A stretch of DNA of 64,000 nt from an uncultured bacterium (lineage in GTDB: Bacteria > Abyssobacteria > SURF-5): contig CAZSKP010000014.1 in the NCBI GenBank assembly GCA_964607485.1, forward strand, positions 49,441 through 113,440, given 5' to 3'. The translations under genes and the position numbers were made by a program. The notes below the pieces were generated by a model that saw nothing but the letters and a program-made list of their open reading frames with translations, was not told the origin of the DNA and did no database searches. Below are positions 36,312 through 46,620 of the stretch, piece by piece (position 1 is the stretch's first letter; each line of letters opens with the position of its first letter).

Positions 36312-37442
36312 CTACTTCCCGATCTTTTCCAGGAACGCCTGGACGCGCGTTTTCACCTGTCCTGCCGCCGTGACCCCATACTCCCTGTCCAGCACCAGGA
36401 TGGGGATATTCTCTTCCTTCAATGTCCATTGCAGATTGTGACCGTCGCTGGCCCACGGGTCGCAGAATTTCATGCGCTGAAAGACGACTCCGTCTGCGCT
36501 GAAATCCTTCACGAGGCCCTTGAGGATTTCCGCTCTCTTGGGAAATTCGCCGACCGTTCTCGCGCACGGCACATGGTAGAAATAGCGGTGAAGGAGATTT
36601 TCCATGATGTCGCCGTCCTCGTTCACCAGTTCTGAGAAATAGCGCGCGCCGAAGCAGACATCTTCCGCGACGACGAGGCCTCCCTGCTCCTCGATGTTGC
36701 GCAAATATGCGGGCTCGTCGAATTCTCCGCCGGTGAGTATCAAGCGCGCCCGGTAGGAGCTCCTTGTCTCTCCGTCGCCAAGTTCCGCGAGGAGCCGTTC
36801 CAGCATCGGGTTGAAATCTTCCTTCGGCATCACGTGTGCGGCGACGGAAACCGTAAGGGCGTCGGCTCCCGTGATGGGCGGATTGGCCTTCTTCCTGATG
36901 TCAGCGAGCCGCAGCAAGAGCCTGCGCGTTTCGTTGTGGAGCTTGACGGCTGCCTTCAAGCTGTCGTCTTCGATCTTGACGGAGAAGTGCTCCTCGATGC
37001 TCGCTGCCAGGTTTGCAATCTCTTCCTTATACCAATCGAAAACGTGTTCCTCAAACGTCCGCGGAATGGACATGAACGCCTTGAACGGGATGTCCACCTT
37101 GTTTTTCCACACGTCGAACGCCCTTCGCACGTGGTCGCATGTGTTCGCCAGAATCACGCCGCCGAGGAACTTCATCTCTCCTTCGAGAGCCAGATTGACG
37201 CTGTGCCTCACGAACGTGCACAGGCGGGCGCTGAGGTACGTGTCGGCGATGGAGGTATCCTTGCTGCCCGCTCCCCGAACGCGATAGGGAAGCATTCCGG
37301 CCGCCGTGATCAGTTCCTCGGGAATGTATGAGCAATAATACCCAACGACCTTTTTGCCGCTGTTGAGCCAGCGGTCGAGGTACTCATTTCGGGGCGAGGA
37401 GATCGCCTCTCGAAATGTGTTCATGATTTCCTGTTCGTTCAT
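36312..37442 (-). CDS. 2-hydroxyacyl-CoA dehydratase subunit (HgdB/BcrC-like)
   Basis: YCSYIPEELITAAG, LCTF, TCD, KFCDP, TRVQAFLE. Confidence 0.9.
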   Translation of the reverse strand: MNEQEIMNTFREAISSPRNEYLDRWLNSGKKVVGYYCSYIPEELITAAGMLPYRVRGAGSKDTSIADTYLSARLCTFVRHSVNLALEGEMKFLGGVILANTCDHVRRAFDVWKNKVDIPFKAFMSIPRTFEEHVFDWYKEEIANLAASIEEHFSVKIEDDSLKAAVKLHNETRRLLLRLADIRKKANPPITGADALTVSVAAHVMPKEDFNPMLERLLAELGDGETRSSYRARLILTGGEFDEPAYLRNIEEQGGLVVAEDVCFGARYFSELVNEDGDIMENLLHRYFYHVPCARTVGEFPKRAEILKGLVKDFSADGVVFQRMKFCDPWASDGHNLQWTLKEENIPILVLDREYGVTAAGQVKTRVQAFLEKIGK

Positions 37443-38215
37443 GCTGACACCTCTTCCTTCTTTGACCACAATCGTCGCACGATGTTCTGCACGTCGGCAA
37501 GAAAAGGAGCACTTGCCGGTATTTCGAAGATCGTTCTCCCTTCCCTATCGTTTTTTCTCAGCGTTGCGTCCTCCCGGATCATCCCCCAGGAGCCCAAGTT
37601 CATCCTGCTCAGCGTTTCGTTCGGGCAAGAATCCTCTTCGTCCATCCGATTGATGATAGTCCCCACTTGGCAGTTCATTCCCAAATCGCCCGCAACCTCG
37701 ACGAGTTTCTCCGCGGTCTGGACGCTGCGGAGGGAACAGTCCATCAGAAGAACGAGGTAGTCAACGTGTCTCATGACATCGCGGTACACCTGCTCCAGCC
37801 CGGCCTCGGCGTCGATGAGAACGATGTCGTAATTGCCCGCCAGAGTCTCCACGGCATCTCTCAGCAGCCGATTCACAGGGCAGAAACAGCCTTTGAACCG
37901 CGAATGTCCCATCCCCAGGAAGTCAAACGAGGGGGTCTCGATGAGCGATTCCATCAGCAGGTAATTGAATGATGCAGCGATTTCCTCTTTCCGCTTGTTG
38001 GATTTGGCGTCCTGGATAAGCCGATCCCTGACAGTTCCGATGGTTGCCGTCTCGCGGGCGATTCCCAGGAGTTGCTGGAGCCCACCGGCGGGGTCGGCGT
38101 CGATTGCGAGAGCTTTCCTCTTTTCTTCGGAGAACACGCGCACGCAAGCCGCCGTGAAAGCGCTCTTTCCCACGCCTCCTTTGCCGCAGGCGGCAATCAC
38201 CGTCGCACCCGCCAC
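37439..38215 (-). CDS. CooC/AcsF-like MinD-family ATPase
   Basis: GKGGVGKS, IDADP, GCFC.VN, IDAEAGLEQ. Confidence 0.87.
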   Translation of the reverse strand: MAGATVIAACGKGGVGKSAFTAACVRVFSEEKRKALAIDADPAGGLQQLLGIARETATIGTVRDRLIQDAKSNKRKEEIAASFNYLLMESLIETPSFDFLGMGHSRFKGCFCPVNRLLRDAVETLAGNYDIVLIDAEAGLEQVYRDVMRHVDYLVLLMDCSLRSVQTAEKLVEVAGDLGMNCQVGTIINRMDEEDSCPNETLSRMNLGSWGMIREDATLRKNDREGRTIFEIPASAPFLADVQNIVRRLWSKKEEVSA

Positions 38216-38989
38216 TTACTTCCCTCCCTCACTGAATGTTTCCGCATGCAGGTTGCGTCTCTTCACTTCCTGCGCCACATCCCTCAGCGCGTCGCACTCC
38301 GGCTTATCGGGACACGAGTCGCAGTCGTAAGGGTTTTCGCATTCATAGTCTTTGCCGGTCCTCTTCCTGGCTTTTTCGAGCTGCTCGTCGCGTCGCCTCT
38401 CGTTCACACGCCTGGCTATCCGCATAATTTCCTTCACCCGGTCATGCATGCCCACGACGAAGATCGCTTCAGCGGCTTCGACGACCGGCGCCGAGTCATG
38501 TATCGTTTGAAGAAGATACTCGCCCCAGACCTGCAGCGAGAAGCCGTCCTGCACAGCTTTAGTGCTCACCCTGGCCCATATCTTTTCGTCCATCAACCGT
38601 ACCATGCAGCCGTCCAACTGGCCGGCGGCGGGCAGCGCCATTCTGAGTTTGGACAGATGTTCCGGCTTGATGCCGGCGCCGCCGACAAGCGCGACGTGCG
38701 CGAAGGGATAGCGCCCGCGCTCAAGGTGTCCGAGGTCGGTGCCGACTATGAGGATTCGGCCGTCATCGATAAGAGATGTATCGTTCGTGCTGAGAACGAG
38801 CGCCGCCGAGGGAACCGAAGGGTGTCCTAACTCCAGATGCGTTTCCGACTGAGAAACAATCCGCGACGTGCCTTGAGGTCGCATGAAACGTTCGGGCGCA
38901 GACGACGACCCACTGCTGAAGCTCGATCCACGGGCATGCTCGGGGATTCTTTCGAGCACGCTTCTTATTTCTCCAATGCAGCCGTCCAT
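38216..38989 (-). CDS. Protein resembling an isolated middle domain of acetyl-CoA synthase beta subunit, with a C-terminal four-Cys motif
   Basis: ELGHP, DGRI.IVG.DL, PFA, IWARVS..AV..GFSL..WG; tail CENPYDCDSCPDKPEC. Confidence 0.65.
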   Translation of the reverse strand: MDGCIGEIRSVLERIPEHARGSSFSSGSSSAPERFMRPQGTSRIVSQSETHLELGHPSVPSAALVLSTNDTSLIDDGRILIVGTDLGHLERGRYPFAHVALVGGAGIKPEHLSKLRMALPAAGQLDGCMVRLMDEKIWARVSTKAVQDGFSLQVWGEYLLQTIHDSAPVVEAAEAIFVVGMHDRVKEIMRIARRVNERRRDEQLEKARKRTGKDYECENPYDCDSCPDKPECDALRDVAQEVKRRNLHAETFSEGGK

Positions 38990-39036
38990 TGTGTCCTCAC
39001 AAAATCCGGAGCGTCGATGGTGTCAGATGCCGGAGT

Positions 39037-40356
39037 TCAGCTCGTCAGATGCTTCGCCAGTCGCTTTCCAAGGCCGATGCAGGTCAGCACCGGCGGCAAT
39101 CCCCACGGCTGCGGGATAACGCTGGTATCGCACACGTAGAGGTTCTCGATTTTCGTTTGCAGGTTCTTGTCCACCACGAGTCCGATGGGGGCCGTGCCGC
39201 CCGGATGCGCGCCCCTGTCGACCGAATAGAAGATGTCAGAAGCGTCGCAGCCGGCCTTCTCGAGGACCCGTTCCGCGATCCGGGTTCCCTTATCGAGTTT
39301 GAGCCGGTCATCGTAGCTCAACGGCTTCGAGAACGAGCCGTCAAGGTTCAGGCGTCCGCCCATGTCGTCGCGAATCTTGACCATGATGCCCAGCACCGAG
39401 TTGTAGTTTCGCACCTTGGGCAAATACGACGGGTTGCGCAGGCCGACAGACAGCGCAAACAGGAGGCTCGGCTCGACCAGCGGCGAGAGGACGAAGCCTT
39501 CTTCCACATGCTCGTAGGTGCCGACGCTCATCGGCGGGACAGACGACGTGCCCCTTCCCTTGTCGCGTGGAACTCCATAGACCATCCGCAGCGGGTCGCA
39601 GAAGAATCCCTGGCCGGCTTCCGGTATGCCCGACCGCTGAAGAATGACGGGCGTGCCCATGCCGCCGCTGGCAACAATCACCACCTTGGCGAACACTTCC
39701 ACGGGTACACCGGAGGCATTTCTGCCTCTCACGCCAACGGCCGTTCCATTCTCCGTGATGACTTCTCTGATATTGACTTTCTTGAGCAAGATGGCGCCCT
39801 TTTCGACTGCCTCGGCCACGTACTCCTTCGCCGTCCACTTCGCCCCGCGCTTGCATCCGAGGATGCAGTCGGAACAGCCGGGCTCGCATTTTGCGGGGTC
39901 TATGAACTTCCTGAACGGCTCCCAGTTGTACCCCAGGTCGTTGGCGGCGGACATCAGACGCATGCTGGGAGGGCCAAGCAACTCGTCCGGCAGAGTGGTG
40001 ATTCTCAGTTCCTCTTCCGCCTCGTTCACTTCATACTCGAGGTCAACGCCGTATTTCTCCTTGAGCCAAGCAGGCGGCCGTGTCGCCGTTGCAGTAAAAA
40101 CAAGGGACGAACCCCCTATCGCGAGCGCCCGGACGACGTTCAGCCCCTCTTCGGAATAGACAAAGCCCGCGCGATCCACGTGCCTCACGAGTGAGAAGTG
40201 GTTGCCCAGGCGTTTGGGCTGCGTGCCCCGGTCGATGAACACCACGCGCTTTCCGGCTTTTGTGAGCTCACGGCCGACGGTTGCGCCGCCCGGTCCCGTT
40301 CCGACGACCACGACGTCAGCTTCTAATCTGATATTTTGGCTGGTGGTAGAGTTCAT
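39037..40356 (-). CDS. GMC family FAD oxidoreductase
   Basis: VVVGTGPGG, IGGSS, C..C..GC..GAKW, TPVILQRSG, HPGGT, NLYVCDTS. Confidence 0.9.
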   Translation of the reverse strand: MNSTTSQNIRLEADVVVVGTGPGGATVGRELTKAGKRVVFIDRGTQPKRLGNHFSLVRHVDRAGFVYSEEGLNVVRALAIGGSSLVFTATATRPPAWLKEKYGVDLEYEVNEAEEELRITTLPDELLGPPSMRLMSAANDLGYNWEPFRKFIDPAKCEPGCSDCILGCKRGAKWTAKEYVAEAVEKGAILLKKVNIREVITENGTAVGVRGRNASGVPVEVFAKVVIVASGGMGTPVILQRSGIPEAGQGFFCDPLRMVYGVPRDKGRGTSSVPPMSVGTYEHVEEGFVLSPLVEPSLLFALSVGLRNPSYLPKVRNYNSVLGIMVKIRDDMGGRLNLDGSFSKPLSYDDRLKLDKGTRIAERVLEKAGCDASDIFYSVDRGAHPGGTAPIGLVVDKNLQTKIENLYVCDTSVIPQPWGLPPVLTCIGLGKRLAKHLTS

Positions 40357-40402
40357 TGTGCACCCTCCTGCGTGCCCCGCACGGACATGACCAATGTTTC
40401 TC

Positions 40403-41194
40403 CTATGACCGGTTCCTCTCCTGTTCTTTGGCGACCTCATTCAAAGCGGCGACGCCACCCTCGGAAAAGGCGCGGACGGCCTCCAAGAGTTTCTTCCGTC
40501 GAATGTTGGATATGAAGGCTTCGACGGTCTTCACCGAGTTCTCCGCGATCTTGGGGAGCAGTTCCTGGGCCTGCTCGGGAAAGCGTTTGGCGAATTTTCT
40601 GGCAAACACTTTCACCTCTTCCAGCGCGAGCATGCTGATGATGTCGCTCTGAAGGCGGAAATCCTCAACGGAGAATCCCGCCTCCACTGTGAGACCTCCC
40701 TTGCGGACCTCGGAGAAAGCCTCCACTATCCTGATATCTATTCCCTCATACATTTTCTCCCCGGCTTCGTTTGTCGTCGAGGAGATCATCTCGCATCGCT
40801 CCATCTCTTGTATTTCTTCCGGCGATAGCCCCGTCCGCTCACTGAGCTCCGCCAGACCGAAAGGCCCGAGAGCCGGCGCGATATCGAGCAGGCGTTCAGG
40901 TTCGCTGCCGGTCGCTCTGATGACATCAATTTCGGAGAGGGACAGGTTGCCATTGGCTTGATCGATAATCTGCTTGATAATATCCAGCGGAAGGAACCGC
41001 TTCAGTTGCAGTTCCTTGATGAGCCTGATGCGTTCCACGTAGCTTTCGTCATAGTAGGCCATATTCCTCTTTGTCTTGAGCGGTCGTGGAAGGAGTCCTT
41101 TATTGATATAGAAGTGGATGGCCTGCCTGTCTAATCCTGTCCTTCTCACGAGGTCCGACATTTTCATGAGTTTGTTTGTACTCTTGGCTGGCAT
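40403..41194 (-). CDS. MerR family regulator with tandem HTH domains
   Basis: MSDLVRRTG..RQAIHFYINKGLLP; second repeat LAELSERTGL; GGAG RBS. Confidence 0.9.
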   Translation of the reverse strand: MPAKSTNKLMKMSDLVRRTGLDRQAIHFYINKGLLPRPLKTKRNMAYYDESYVERIRLIKELQLKRFLPLDIIKQIIDQANGNLSLSEIDVIRATGSEPERLLDIAPALGPFGLAELSERTGLSPEEIQEMERCEMISSTTNEAGEKMYEGIDIRIVEAFSEVRKGGLTVEAGFSVEDFRLQSDIISMLALEEVKVFARKFAKRFPEQAQELLPKIAENSVKTVEAFISNIRRKKLLEAVRAFSEGGVAALNEVAKEQERNRS

Positions 41195-41233
41195 TGTTAT
41201 CTCCGATTGGCCCGAGCATTCATATAGTATATA

Positions 41234-41276
41234 GTGTAACTTTACACATTGTATCACCGGCCTCGGAATCTGTCAA
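41234..41276 (-). promoter_or_regulatory. Sigma-70 promoter with palindromic operator
   Basis: TTGACA-N17-TACAAT (41276-41248), then GTGTAA-N2-TTACAC (41234-41247). Confidence 0.75.
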
Positions 41277-41346
41277 GAAAAAAATGAGGCCTCGACAGCT
41301 TGGCCGCTCAACGACTCTGGCAAAAGGCCGAAGTTCGGAAAACCAA

Positions 41347-42297
41347 TTATCTCCGGGGCAGAGCGTTCGTCGCTCTGCCGAGCTGGCGGCCGGAGAGGGC
41401 TATCAGCAGGACAGAGAGGGTCAAGAACGGCAAGCATCTTGTGAGTTGATGATAGGGAGTCAGCGCGGTGTTCAGGTTGGCGAACCCAGACAGACCGGCG
41501 GCGTCGTTGGTGAGGCCGTGAACCATAATGGCGGGAATGACGCTGCCTCCCGTGCGGTTCATGAAGTAGCAAGCAATGATAGAGGCGGTCACCGTGCCCA
41601 CAAAGAAGGCGGGCAGGTACATGAAGAGGTACTGGAGCAGGCCCAGTCGTTGTATGACTCCTTCTACGATGTCGCGTGGGACGTGCCAGAGTCCCCAGGC
41701 TAACCCAACCACGAGCGCGGCCGTCAGCGGGGTGGTGAGATTCGTTTGGATCGCCGATTGGGCGTAGCCGCGCCAACCGAGTTCTTCGAGGACGCCGCCC
41801 TGGTCGAGGAAAGCGCCGCTCAGAAGGGCGATGAGAAGCGCCGGACCGAATATCCCTTCGGGTTGGGCATACTTGGCGCCGCCCGGGATGGCCGAGCGGA
41901 TGCCATATACGGCGATGAGGCATATGGGGATGAGGATAAAGAGAAGGATGTAGGCGCTGAGCGCCTGACTCCAGCGAGTATCCGGCCCGATCGGTTTGAA
42001 GCGTGTAAGGAGCTGCCGGAGGCTGGGGCGACGTGTCCAGCCGCACATTATCAAGGCTGCGATGCTCGGGACACTGGATCCAAGTATCAGCAGCCACAGT
42101 GCCGGTTCGGCAAGGGCAAGACGAACGACGGCGAGAAGATTGGAGGTCTGTTCGATACCCGTCTTTTCGGTGGCGCTTGCCGCTGCCGCGCCGAAGTCCA
42201 TTGTGGCGCCGGTGAGCGTGCTGAGGATGGGCACGAGGGCGAGGAGCAGGACAGTGAGGACGAAAAAGATGACGATGGGTTTCCACGTGGTCGGCAT
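41347..42297 (-). CDS. CPBP (CAAX protease/Abi family) intramembrane metalloprotease
   Basis: EELGWRGY, WGLWH, HGLTN. Confidence 0.9.
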   Translation of the reverse strand: MPTTWKPIVIFFVLTVLLLALVPILSTLTGATMDFGAAAASATEKTGIEQTSNLLAVVRLALAEPALWLLILGSSVPSIAALIMCGWTRRPSLRQLLTRFKPIGPDTRWSQALSAYILLFILIPICLIAVYGIRSAIPGGAKYAQPEGIFGPALLIALLSGAFLDQGGVLEELGWRGYAQSAIQTNLTTPLTAALVVGLAWGLWHVPRDIVEGVIQRLGLLQYLFMYLPAFFVGTVTASIIACYFMNRTGGSVIPAIMVHGLTNDAAGLSGFANLNTALTPYHQLTRCLPFLTLSVLLIALSGRQLGRATNALPRR

Positions 42298-42534
42298 ATC
42301 TGGAGCGACTTCCGCGTTAGGGTAATGGGGACAGTGGAACGATCATCTATCAGGGTGATACGGCATCAATCCGCATCGTTGCCCCGCCGATTGCATGAAC
42401 GAATGCTCATGGACGCCCCGGATGCGCTTGTGTCCATCCGACACGACGGCCTCTGCACTTGCCAGCAGGAGATATTATAAGTCAGCGGAATTTGAATTTC
42501 TAGTGAATAGTGGAAATGGAGGAGCAGACTTTCA

Positions 42535-43080
42535 TCATACATCCCTTCTACGACGCCTTCTGGCCTGATCAAGAACCATTATGCCAACAATCAGCAAAGG
42601 GACCCCCGCTGCAACCGGCAACACCCGAGTTGTCTGCAGAACCGGTTTCTGCCGGACGTGAAATTGGATGGTCGGACTGGTAAACACTATATGGCTGCCA
42701 CGGTCGGTGACGCTCACCACCACCCGGTAGTCGCCGCCCTTGATCAGCCGCATGGGCCAGTCGGTCCGCAGCGACTCACCCGGTCCGAGGGCCGCACCGG
42801 TAATGGCCTTGTGTGCGCTCCAATCTTCCAGATCCACCGGCTGCTCATTTCCCGGGTCGATCTCTACGAGGCTGATCCAAGCGACCAAGCCTTCGATGGG
42901 TTTTGCGCCCGTATTGGTGATCGTGCTCCAGAATCGCAGGTGATCCCCCATGATGGGCGCCGGTGGGTTTTGCTCATCCGGCCGCAGATCAAGGGTCAAC
43001 GGCGCCTGGGCCGCGAATGCGACCGGTGCGAGCAAGGCCGTCACCATAAAAGCTGGCAGAAGATATTTCCACATATTCAT
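42535..43080 (-). CDS. Exported, C-terminally anchored protein of the ABC operon
   Basis: Signal peptide, beta-rich body, C-terminal TM plus RRRRR. Confidence 0.7.
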   Translation of the reverse strand: MNMWKYLLPAFMVTALLAPVAFAAQAPLTLDLRPDEQNPPAPIMGDHLRFWSTITNTGAKPIEGLVAWISLVEIDPGNEQPVDLEDWSAHKAITGAALGPGESLRTDWPMRLIKGGDYRVVVSVTDRGSHIVFTSPTIQFHVRQKPVLQTTRVLPVAAGVPLLIVGIMVLDQARRRRRRDV

Positions 43081-43092
43081 GATAGTTTCCTC

Positions 43093-43848
43093 TCATAGAA
43101 AATTGGGGTGGCGGGCACTGCGTCGGGCCGCCAGCAGACAAAGAACCAACCACGCCGCCACCAGGGTAAGTCTTGCCAGTTGGGCGGAAAACGGTTCGCT
43201 GTCAATAATGACGCTGTCGAAGGTGTTGAGCGCCCCGGCGAACGGGTTTACCGCGTCCAGGCCGCGTCCGATGGCCGAGCCCCGCAGACCCGGGCCGAGC
43301 AGAAGCGGACTTGCGGTCAGCATCAGCAAGGTGACCGCGCTCAACAGCGACGCCAACACACTGCCCGTGCGGGCGGATAGAGCCATGGCCAAATAGCCGA
43401 ATCCCAGCACCACGGGCGTTCCAAAAAGGGCCAGGTAGAATATGGCCGCTCCAAGATTCTGGCCGCTCGCGCCCACGGCCCATAGATAAGGCATCGCCAC
43501 CACAAACATGAAAACCCATGCACTCAGCAAGCCCAGGACCTTGCCGCTAAGCAAAGCGTTTGCGTCGACCGGCGCGCAGAGCAGCGGCACCAGCGTGCCT
43601 CGCTCCCTTTCACCGGCGTAAGCGTCGCTGCCTAGAATGGCTGCAAGCAGGGCTCCGGCCGCCAAGACCGTCCCGGTCATCATGTAAACTACTTCGGCAT
43701 TGTCGAGCAGGCTGAGCTCGGTATTGCTGACCAAGAGCAGACTGAAAGCGGACAGAAGGCCGCTATAAGCTATCAGCCACAACAGGCCGCGCTGGCTACG
43801 CAGCATCTTCGCGCTCTCTTGGTAAGCGATTGTCCAATGCGCTTTCAT
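43093..43848 (-). CDS. ABC-2 type permease
   Basis: AGERERGTL..LLCAP...LLSGK; start overlaps the ATPase stop. Confidence 0.88.
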   Translation of the reverse strand: MKAHWTIAYQESAKMLRSQRGLLWLIAYSGLLSAFSLLLVSNTELSLLDNAEVVYMMTGTVLAAGALLAAILGSDAYAGERERGTLVPLLCAPVDANALLSGKVLGLLSAWVFMFVVAMPYLWAVGASGQNLGAAIFYLALFGTPVVLGFGYLAMALSARTGSVLASLLSAVTLLMLTASPLLLGPGLRGSAIGRGLDAVNPFAGALNTFDSVIIDSEPFSAQLARLTLVAAWLVLCLLAARRSARHPNFL

Positions 43849-44780
43849 ATTGCCGCCTCCTGTGCGTGAGCGGAATCCGGTGCGGTGATGTTCAAGTAGA
43901 GTTCTTCCAAGCTCGACGCTTCGGAGCGAATCTCCAGGACGCGCCAGCCGCGTTGCCACAGTTTTCCCCAGATGGCGGAAGGTCCGCCGGGGATTCCAGA
44001 TTGGAGCTGAACGCGCCACCAGCCGCCTTCGATGGCCAGCAGGGAAACCCCGGCCGGAAGATTGGAAGTATCCGGCGTACCTTCCATGCGCAGACGATAA
44101 GAGTATCCGGCCCCCCGTTCCGCCAGTAAATCGCCAAGGCCGCCCTCGAGGCGGGTGCGGCCCTGATCGATAATTCCAATGCGGCTGCACAGGCGGTCCA
44201 CATCGTCGAGCAGGTGCGTGCACAACAGTACTCCGGTCTTGCCATCGGCCGCAAAATTCAATAACAGATCGTGAATCTCGCGCCGTCCCTTGGGGTCGAG
44301 CCCATTGGTGGGTTCGTCCAGAATCAGGAGCCTGGGATGCGGCGCCAAGGCTCTGGCCACGGCCAGGCGCTGCTTCATTCCTCTGGAATATGTCCCTATG
44401 GGACGATGCCTCACCGAGCCGAGCCCCACCTCTTCCAGCAGCTCCCGAATGTCCTTCTCGTTTTGAGGCTGTCCATACAAACAGCTATACCAGTCCAGGT
44501 AGGCGGGCGCCGTCATCCAATCATAAAACCCCGCCTGCTCCGGCATGACACCGACGTCTCGGCGGATATCCAGGGCATGGTCAGCGGGATCGTGATTCAG
44601 CACGCGGATTCGGCCGCCGCTGCGCTCGCGCAAGCCCAACAAAGCGAAAATGGTTGTGGACTTGCCGGCCCCGTTGGGCCCCAGCAAACCGTAGATATCA
44701 CCGGGTTGCAGGTGCAGATCGACACCCTTAAGGATTTCCTTTCCCTCAATATGTAACTGCAGGTTCTCGATGCTTATCAT
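43845..44780 (-). CDS. ABC transporter ATP-binding protein
   Basis: GPNGAGKS, YSRGMKQR, LILDEPTNGLDP. Confidence 0.95.
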   Translation of the reverse strand: MISIENLQLHIEGKEILKGVDLHLQPGDIYGLLGPNGAGKSTTIFALLGLRERSGGRIRVLNHDPADHALDIRRDVGVMPEQAGFYDWMTAPAYLDWYSCLYGQPQNEKDIRELLEEVGLGSVRHRPIGTYSRGMKQRLAVARALAPHPRLLILDEPTNGLDPKGRREIHDLLLNFAADGKTGVLLCTHLLDDVDRLCSRIGIIDQGRTRLEGGLGDLLAERGAGYSYRLRMEGTPDTSNLPAGVSLLAIEGGWWRVQLQSGIPGGPSAIWGKLWQRGWRVLEIRSEASSLEELYLNITAPDSAHAQEAAI

Positions 44781-45199
44781 GGCGTTAGCCTCACAAAATG
44801 GAATCAAAGTTGAGCGATTTTGCCCGCAACCACCCGTCATGCCTGCGAAAGCAGGCCGGGATCGGCGTATCCCCTCTGCCAGATACTATATCACTGATGA
44901 ATGAAAATGGTATACTGTGCACAAATCGGCCTTACGATACAGGAGCTTATTCTCCCTATAAGCCTTGATGTGCTGCACATTTACGAGGTCTTGAATGAGA
45001 ACGTTGAATGCTGTGGGCGAATCCGAAGGTACAGGCTTCAAATGGTTGGGCGTTTGGCCAAGACCCCTTTTCTTGGAATTGGAGGCCCCACGGACTACTG
45101 TGGGAAGCGGCGCTTTACTAAATACAATAAACATGATATGTTCTCTGGAGCTTGGAGCAGCCCAAAACGCACCGAGGAAACGAAAGAGAGTGAGCCGGA

Positions 45200-46606
45200 A
45201 TGACGTCATCAATCATAAGAACACTGCAGAAGGCATTGGGGCCTGAGAAGGTCCTCACCGACTCAAACACGCTGAGCGAGAGAAGACACGACTACTGGGT
45301 GCTGAGCCAGTTGGAGGACATGCAGGGACGCGGCGCGCCCAACCCCGCGTGCGTCGTACAGCCGGCCGAAACCGCCGACGTGGTCGCCGTCGTGAACGCC
45401 TGCCGCGAGAGCGCGACGCCGCTCGTGCCGTTCGGGCTGGGTTCGGGCGTATGCGGAGGGGTGAAGGTGGACGCCGCCACCGTGCTGTTGGACATGAGCG
45501 CGATGAATCGGACCCGCAAAATCGACGTGGACAACCTGCTCGCCACGTTCGAGGCAGGAGTCAGAGGGGCCGACGCGGAAGCGGCCCTGGCCAAGCGCGG
45601 GCTGATGTCGGGCCACTACCCCCAATCTATCGACGTGAGCAGCGTTGGCGGCTGGGTGGCTACCCGCTCGGCCGGGCAGTTCTCGAGCGCTTATGGCAGC
45701 ATAGAGGACGTGCTGCTCGGGCTGGAAGTCGTCCTGCCAAACGGAGAAGTGCTGGAGACGCGCCTGACCCCCCGCTCCTCCACGGGACCCGACCTGAAAA
45801 ACATCTTCCTGGGCAGCGAGGGGACTCTGGGCGTAATCACCGCGGTCACGCTTTCCGTCCGCTGGAAACCCGAGAAGCAGGACTACAGCGTCTATCACGC
45901 GCCGAGCATGGATGCCGGCTTCGATGTCCAGCGCCTCATCGTCCAGTCGGGGTGGGCCCCGCCCGTGATGCGGCAATACGACACGGCGGAGGCATGGCGC
46001 CTGTTTCCCGACCAGGCCCGGGGCAACGACGCCCTGCTGGTCCTCGTGCACGAGGGGCCCGCGGTCAGAGTCGAGGCGGAAAAAGCGGCATGCGCCACCT
46101 TGGCCGCCGGAGCCGACTGCGAGCCAGCGCCGACGGCGGCCGCGGAAAAGTGGATGGAAGAACGCAACGATGTCCCCACGTTTGAAGAGTTTCTGAAGAA
46201 CGGCGTCATTCTCGATACGATCGAAATAGCCGCCACGTGGGACCGCATCGGCGCCATCTATCGCGACGCCGTGGCTTCGCTCAGCGAGGTCGAGAACATA
46301 TTGAACGCGTCCGCCCATAGTTCCCACTCGTATCGCTCGGGCACGAATCTCTATTTCACGTTCGCCGCTCGGCCCGACGACCCGAACGACATGGCCGCGA
46401 CGTACAACGAATGCTGGCGTCGAACGCTGGAGGCCACCGTCGCGAACGGCGGCGGAATCTCGCACCACCACGGCATAGGACGCCTGCGCCGCGACTGGCT
46501 GCCCAGGGAACTGGGAGGGGCGGGCGTCGGAGTGCTTCGGAGCATCAAACAGGCCCTGGACCCGACCAACTTCATGAATCCGGGGGTGCTGATACCAGAC
46601 AGGTGA
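45200..46606 (+). CDS. FAD-linked oxidase, alkyl-DHAP synthase-like
   Basis: GHYPQS...SSVGGWVATR, GPDL...FLGSEGTLG, HSSHSY, ISHHHGIG. Confidence 0.87.
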   Translation: MTSSIIRTLQKALGPEKVLTDSNTLSERRHDYWVLSQLEDMQGRGAPNPACVVQPAETADVVAVVNACRESATPLVPFGLGSGVCGGVKVDAATVLLDMSAMNRTRKIDVDNLLATFEAGVRGADAEAALAKRGLMSGHYPQSIDVSSVGGWVATRSAGQFSSAYGSIEDVLLGLEVVLPNGEVLETRLTPRSSTGPDLKNIFLGSEGTLGVITAVTLSVRWKPEKQDYSVYHAPSMDAGFDVQRLIVQSGWAPPVMRQYDTAEAWRLFPDQARGNDALLVLVHEGPAVRVEAEKAACATLAAGADCEPAPTAAAEKWMEERNDVPTFEEFLKNGVILDTIEIAATWDRIGAIYRDAVASLSEVENILNASAHSSHSYRSGTNLYFTFAARPDDPNDMAATYNECWRRTLEATVANGGGISHHHGIGRLRRDWLPRELGGAGVGVLRSIKQALDPTNFMNPGVLIPDR

Positions 46607-46620
46607 GAAGGAGACGGGAC

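Noticed and set aside
34150-37442. Benzoyl-CoA reductase
   Set aside because: Only one activator subunit and no ring-cleavage genes; the generic dehydratase family call is safer.
44901-45203. Short ORF faintly resembling a nucleotidyltransferase antitoxin C-terminus
   Set aside because: Similarity is too weak and there is no catalytic motif or partner gene.
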